DNA of 32,000 nucleotides from positions 4,770,001 through 4,802,000 of the forward strand of contig NC_003272.1 in assembly GCF_000009705.1 (NCBI RefSeq), read 5' to 3'. The translations under genes were made by a program, and so were the position numbers. The DNA comes from Nostoc sp. PCC 7120 = FACHB-418. Its GTDB lineage: Bacteria; Cyanobacteriota; Cyanobacteriia; Cyanobacteriales; Nostocaceae. Every line of letters starts with the position of its first letter. Positions within the stretch are counted from its first letter, which is position 1. This document shows positions 28,764 to 32,000 of the stretch, in pieces. The notes beneath the pieces are model-generated. The model was not told the DNA's origin. It did no database searches and saw nothing but the letters and a program-made list of their open reading frames with translations.

Positions 28764-29480
28764 CTAGCGGAAAACATCCACTGTCAGGTTAGAACTAAGG
28801 GCTAGTCGCAAATCTTGTTGGGGACGAACCACAAAGACTTCAGCTTCTTTCTTGCGTAATAATACACTAGCTAAAGCGCCTGCTGCTGCACCACCTACAG
28901 GTTCTAAAATTTCAATTCGGCGATTACCTGTAATCAAAGAAATTGCTGTGGCAGCACCTGCACCAATAGCAGCATCGGTTAATATTTTGCCAGAGTCATT
29001 TCTGCTGATTTTTTCTAGTCTAGTAACAGTTTGAGAATTGGCGCTGATTGACTGTCTATTACCAGAAGGAAATATTAATTCTCTGGCGACAAACCTTACA
29101 CCTCTGACATTACTTTGGTCGTTTCTGTCTTGGGAGAAATTACCATTGAAATATACGGGTTCTAGTTGTCCCACAACTTCAGTTCCCGCAGGAATCAAAA
29201 CGTTCCTGTTATTGTCAATAATATTGTTAGCGATTTTTAGAGTTAAAGATATAGTTTCTCCACGACTAACAACTACTTGCTCTTTATCGTAGGTAACAGG
29301 AAAAGTGACTCCAGCAGGAATAGAAACTCTCCGAGTTTGACCAATAAATTGGGCATTAGCAGCCGGAGCAAAGGCAATCATGGGGGCAACAGTTCCTGTT
29401 GTGACTGTTAATGCCATGAGTGCGGCGGCTCCAGATTTCCAGTGATTCAAGCGAGTCATAATAGTTTCGGGTTTCTGCAA
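28764..29480 (-). CDS. Secreted protein, 238 aa, paralogous to the C-terminal domain of the SLH protein
   Basis: The signal peptide LNHWKSGAAALMALTVTTGTVAPMIAFAPAANA parallels LTRWQSGTSALMALSITAGTVAPFLVVSPSFA. The shared blocks are IPAG..FPV.YDK, IPAGTEVVGQLEPV / IPAGSQVVGELKPV, and Gly/Ala-zipper segments. Confidence 0.7.
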   Translation of the reverse strand: MQKPETIMTRLNHWKSGAAALMALTVTTGTVAPMIAFAPAANAQFIGQTRRVSIPAGVTFPVTYDKEQVVVSRGETISLTLKIANNIIDNNRNVLIPAGTEVVGQLEPVYFNGNFSQDRNDQSNVRGVRFVARELIFPSGNRQSISANSQTVTRLEKISRNDSGKILTDAAIGAGAATAISLITGNRRIEILEPVGGAAAGALASVLLRKKEAEVFVVRPQQDLRLALSSNLTVDVFR

Positions 29481-29617
29481 TTATGTATTTCTTGACGAGG
29501 TTTTACTGAGATTGTTTCTTACTCTGTTTAAACCGTTCTTTGGGCATATTCCCCAGGAGTGGGGGGTTATTAAGTTTGAATTTTGTGGGCTGAATTCATT
29601 TCCTCTCCTGCTTCCTT

Positions 29618-31462
29618 TTAATTCGAGTTGTTGCCAGCCAGGGTAGCAACAATTTTTAATAACTGGATTGGCTCAATTGGTTTGGATATATGAATTTGAA
29701 ATCCGGCGGTTAGGGCTTGGAGGCGATCGCTTTGTCTGGTGTAAGCGGTAAGGGCGGCGGCTGGGACATTTCCCCCTTGTTCTGATGATAGCGCTCGAAT
29801 TTGCCGAATGAGAGCGTAGCCATCTTCATTAGGCATCCCAATATCACTTAATAGCACATCAGGCTTCACTAATTGCAACAGTTTTAAGGCTTCACGGGTG
29901 GAGGCTGCGGTTGTTACAATTGCTCCGTATTGCTCTAAGGCAGTTTTGAGAAATTCTCTAGTATCTGGTTCATCATCAACTGCTAAGATTTTTAGTCCTT
30001 TGATTTGGACTTTAGTATCCCAGGCTGTCTGTCGTTGAATCAAGGGTTCTTCTGGGGTGAGTGTGGAGTAAGTTGCTAAAAGTGGTAGTTGGACTGTAAA
30101 TGTGGCTCCTTGTCCTTCTCCTGGGCTAGCAACTGATACTTTACCATTGTGAAGCTCAACGAGATTACGCACGATCGCCAGACCTAAACCCAGTCCTCCT
30201 TGATTTCTGGTTGTGGTAGCATCTGCTTGGCGGAAACGGTCAAACACATAAGGCAAAAACTCAGGACTGATGCCTGTACCTGTGTCAATTACCTGAATCT
30301 GCACATTAGTCTCTACTTGTTCTAGGCAAATTTCTACCCGTCCACCTTCAGGAGTAAACTTGACTGCATTGGAAAGTAGGTTCCAAATCACTTGCTGTAA
30401 ACGTTCTGGGTCGGCAGAAACTAAACCAATATCAAAATTCAGGCGAGATATAATTTGGATTGATTTGGTATTGGCAATTGGGCGGACGGTATCTAGTGCG
30501 GCTTGAATTACCGGAATCAATTTTGTGGGGCGCACAAGCAAGCGAATGTTACCGCGAATAATCCGGGAAATATCGAGTAAGTCTTCAATTAATTGAGTTT
30601 GGGCTTGAGCATTGCGCTCAATGGATTCTAAAGCTTGTTCAATCTTTTCTGGTGACAGTTTGCGGGTGCGGAGCAGGCGCGACCAGCCTAAAATACCATT
30701 GAGGGGCGATCGCAATTCATGGGAAACTATCGCTAAAAATTCATCTTTCATACGACTGGCTCTTTCCAGTTCTATACGAGCTGCCCGTTCTCGTTCTAAA
30801 GCTTGCGCCCGCTCTTCAGTTACCATTAATTCGCTTTGGCGTAGTGCTTTTTCTGCTTGTATGCGCTCTGTTACATCTAACACTAGTGATAGCACAGAGG
30901 TAACACTACCTTCTTCATTAGTAATGCTGGAGTTGTACCATTCGCAATAAATGACTCTGCCATCTTTGGTATAGTTGCGATTGTATTGGATAATTTGCGC
31001 TTCTTGGCCACTGAGGAGGCGATCGCTCACCTCTGCGACTGCTGTCATATCTTCCTCATAAACTATATGCAAATCTTGAATGTATTTTCCTATTACTTCT
31101 TCTGCCAGCCAGCCAAAGATTTTTTCAGCAGCCGATGACCAACGGGTAACGCACAAGTGGCAATCCCACTGCACTACTGCCAAAGGAGTAGTATCTATGT
31201 GTAGATTTAAAAGCTGTAGGGCATTTTGCAAAGCCAATTCAGATTGTTTACGCTCTGTGATTTCCTGGGTAATGGTCATTCCCGCAAAAATCTCACCATC
31301 ATCATTCCTCACAGGTAAAACATGGACTTCATAAACGCGATGTCCATAGGGTGCTTCAAAACGGGAGCTGATGCCTGCAAATGCTTGGCGATAGGTTGAC
31401 ATCCTCCCCCGTTTAGAAAACGGGGGATTCCAAGAATCACTTCTTGGGCTTTCTCTTTCCAC
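29618..31462 (-). CDS. Hybrid sensor histidine kinase (PAS-PAS-HisKA-HATPase-receiver), apparently 5'-truncated by an IS insertion
   Basis: H-box SHELRSPLNGILGW, GGLGLGLAIVRNL, and a receiver ILAVDDEPDTREFL...LLSDIGMPNEDGY...K. The first 20 codons (31403-31462) are read out of the IS end. An internal ATG at 31402 (MSTYRQ) begins mid-PAS. Confidence 0.85.
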   Translation of the reverse strand: MERESPRSDSWNPPFSKRGRMSTYRQAFAGISSRFEAPYGHRVYEVHVLPVRNDDGEIFAGMTITQEITERKQSELALQNALQLLNLHIDTTPLAVVQWDCHLCVTRWSSAAEKIFGWLAEEVIGKYIQDLHIVYEEDMTAVAEVSDRLLSGQEAQIIQYNRNYTKDGRVIYCEWYNSSITNEEGSVTSVLSLVLDVTERIQAEKALRQSELMVTEERAQALERERAARIELERASRMKDEFLAIVSHELRSPLNGILGWSRLLRTRKLSPEKIEQALESIERNAQAQTQLIEDLLDISRIIRGNIRLLVRPTKLIPVIQAALDTVRPIANTKSIQIISRLNFDIGLVSADPERLQQVIWNLLSNAVKFTPEGGRVEICLEQVETNVQIQVIDTGTGISPEFLPYVFDRFRQADATTTRNQGGLGLGLAIVRNLVELHNGKVSVASPGEGQGATFTVQLPLLATYSTLTPEEPLIQRQTAWDTKVQIKGLKILAVDDEPDTREFLKTALEQYGAIVTTAASTREALKLLQLVKPDVLLSDIGMPNEDGYALIRQIRALSSEQGGNVPAAALTAYTRQSDRLQALTAGFQIHISKPIEPIQLLKIVATLAGNNSN

Positions 31463-32000
31463 GACTCGACTTATTTGGAGGAGTTACCTCACCCAAACAG
31501 AGGTCGATATCTCCAGAGACTTGAGATCCTGTGTGTCCCACAGTACGTAGTCCTAGTTCAAGTATGTTCCGTGCAGCGTTCCAATCCCTGTCTTGAATAT
31601 GTCCACAGTGAGGGCAAGCATGAGTTCTTGTACTCAGCGACTTTTTCACTACTTCGCCACAGTTGGAACAATTCTGCGAAGTGTGATGGGGTGGGACTGC
31701 AACAGTCACTACACCAAACACTTTGCCGAAATACTCAACCCATTGCCGAAACTGCGTCCACGCTGCATCACTAATCGACTTGGCAAGATGTCTATTCCTG
31801 ACCATGTTCCGCACCTGCAAATCCTCATAGGCTACCAAGTCGCTAGACTGGACTACGCACCTCGCCAACTTTACGGCGAAGTCTTTACGCTGCCTACTTA
31901 CTTTAAGGTGTTTTCTACTCAAGCGATTTCTTGCCTTGACTCTGTTGTTAGAACCCTTCTTGGTTTTAGACAATCTGCGTTGCAATCTCTTGAGAGACTT
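31400..32000 (-). mobile_element. Right-end portion of an IS200/IS605-family (IS1341/IS607-like) element carrying tnpB; continues beyond the window
   Basis: The tnpB 3' half is followed by a terminal perfect hairpin CCCCCGTTT-AGA-AAACGGGGG (31406-31426). The boundary at about 31400 is inferred, not proven. Confidence 0.7.
31437..32000 (-). CDS. tnpB: TnpB (RNA-guided endonuclease / IS605 OrfB) C-terminal part, partial at window edge
   Basis: RKDFAVKLARCVV...LVAYEDLQVRNM (RuvC-II Glu), the zinc ribbon CSNCG...CPHCG, and DRDWNAARNIL (RuvC-III Asp). The frame stays open through nt 32000 (KSLKRLQRRL). Confidence 0.9.
   Translation of the reverse strand, partial: KSLKRLQRRLSKTKKGSNNRVKARNRLSRKHLKVSRQRKDFAVKLARCVVQSSDLVAYEDLQVRNMVRNRHLAKSISDAAWTQFRQWVEYFGKVFGVVTVAVPPHHTSQNCSNCGEVVKKSLSTRTHACPHCGHIQDRDWNAARNILELGLRTVGHTGSQVSGDIDLCLGEVTPPNKSSRGKRKPKK

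Overview
The window looks like chromosomal DNA from a filamentous, heterocyst-type cyanobacterium (Nostoc/Anabaena-like). By eye I count more than 30 HIP1 octamers (GCGATCGC), there are several STRR-type heptamer arrays, and the gene content is typically cyanobacterial. Most of the window is core genome. This includes a 5'-partial Crp-family regulator and an RbcR/Ycf30-type LysR regulator divergent from an NnrU / WCGLC-thioredoxin / ndhF / ndhD cluster. It also includes a phosphohexomutase, a Cas4-like PD-(D/E)XK nuclease, aat, rpsN, nth, rseP and serS. Further core genes are a PadR regulator with a membrane partner, a GAF histidine kinase (Hik2-like), two paralogous secreted envelope proteins and a hybrid PAS histidine kinase. 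Three accessory elements interrupt this core. (1) An islet at about 8.5-11.9 kb holds a Uma2 nuclease, an unknown 226-aa protein, a DUF433/DUF5615 toxin-antitoxin pair whose toxin carries an in-frame amber codon, and a 3-TM protein with a low-complexity tail. (2) An islet at about 18.6-20.9 kb, between rseP and serS, holds vapBC, a truncated phd/yefM remnant and a very AT-rich orphan 403-aa ORF. That ORF has a C-terminal R-N-x-x-x-H (HEPN-type) motif and a 17-bp inverted repeat just upstream. (3) The right end of an IS200/IS605-family tnpB element at the window edge appears to have removed the 5' end of the hybrid kinase gene. My best candidate for an undescribed system is the 403-aa HEPN-motif ORF, as a single-gene abortive-infection-type RNase candidate. 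This rests on one short motif, base composition and genomic context only. I found no CRISPR array, rRNA or tRNA. All family assignments come from reading the translated ORFs by eye; no searches were run.
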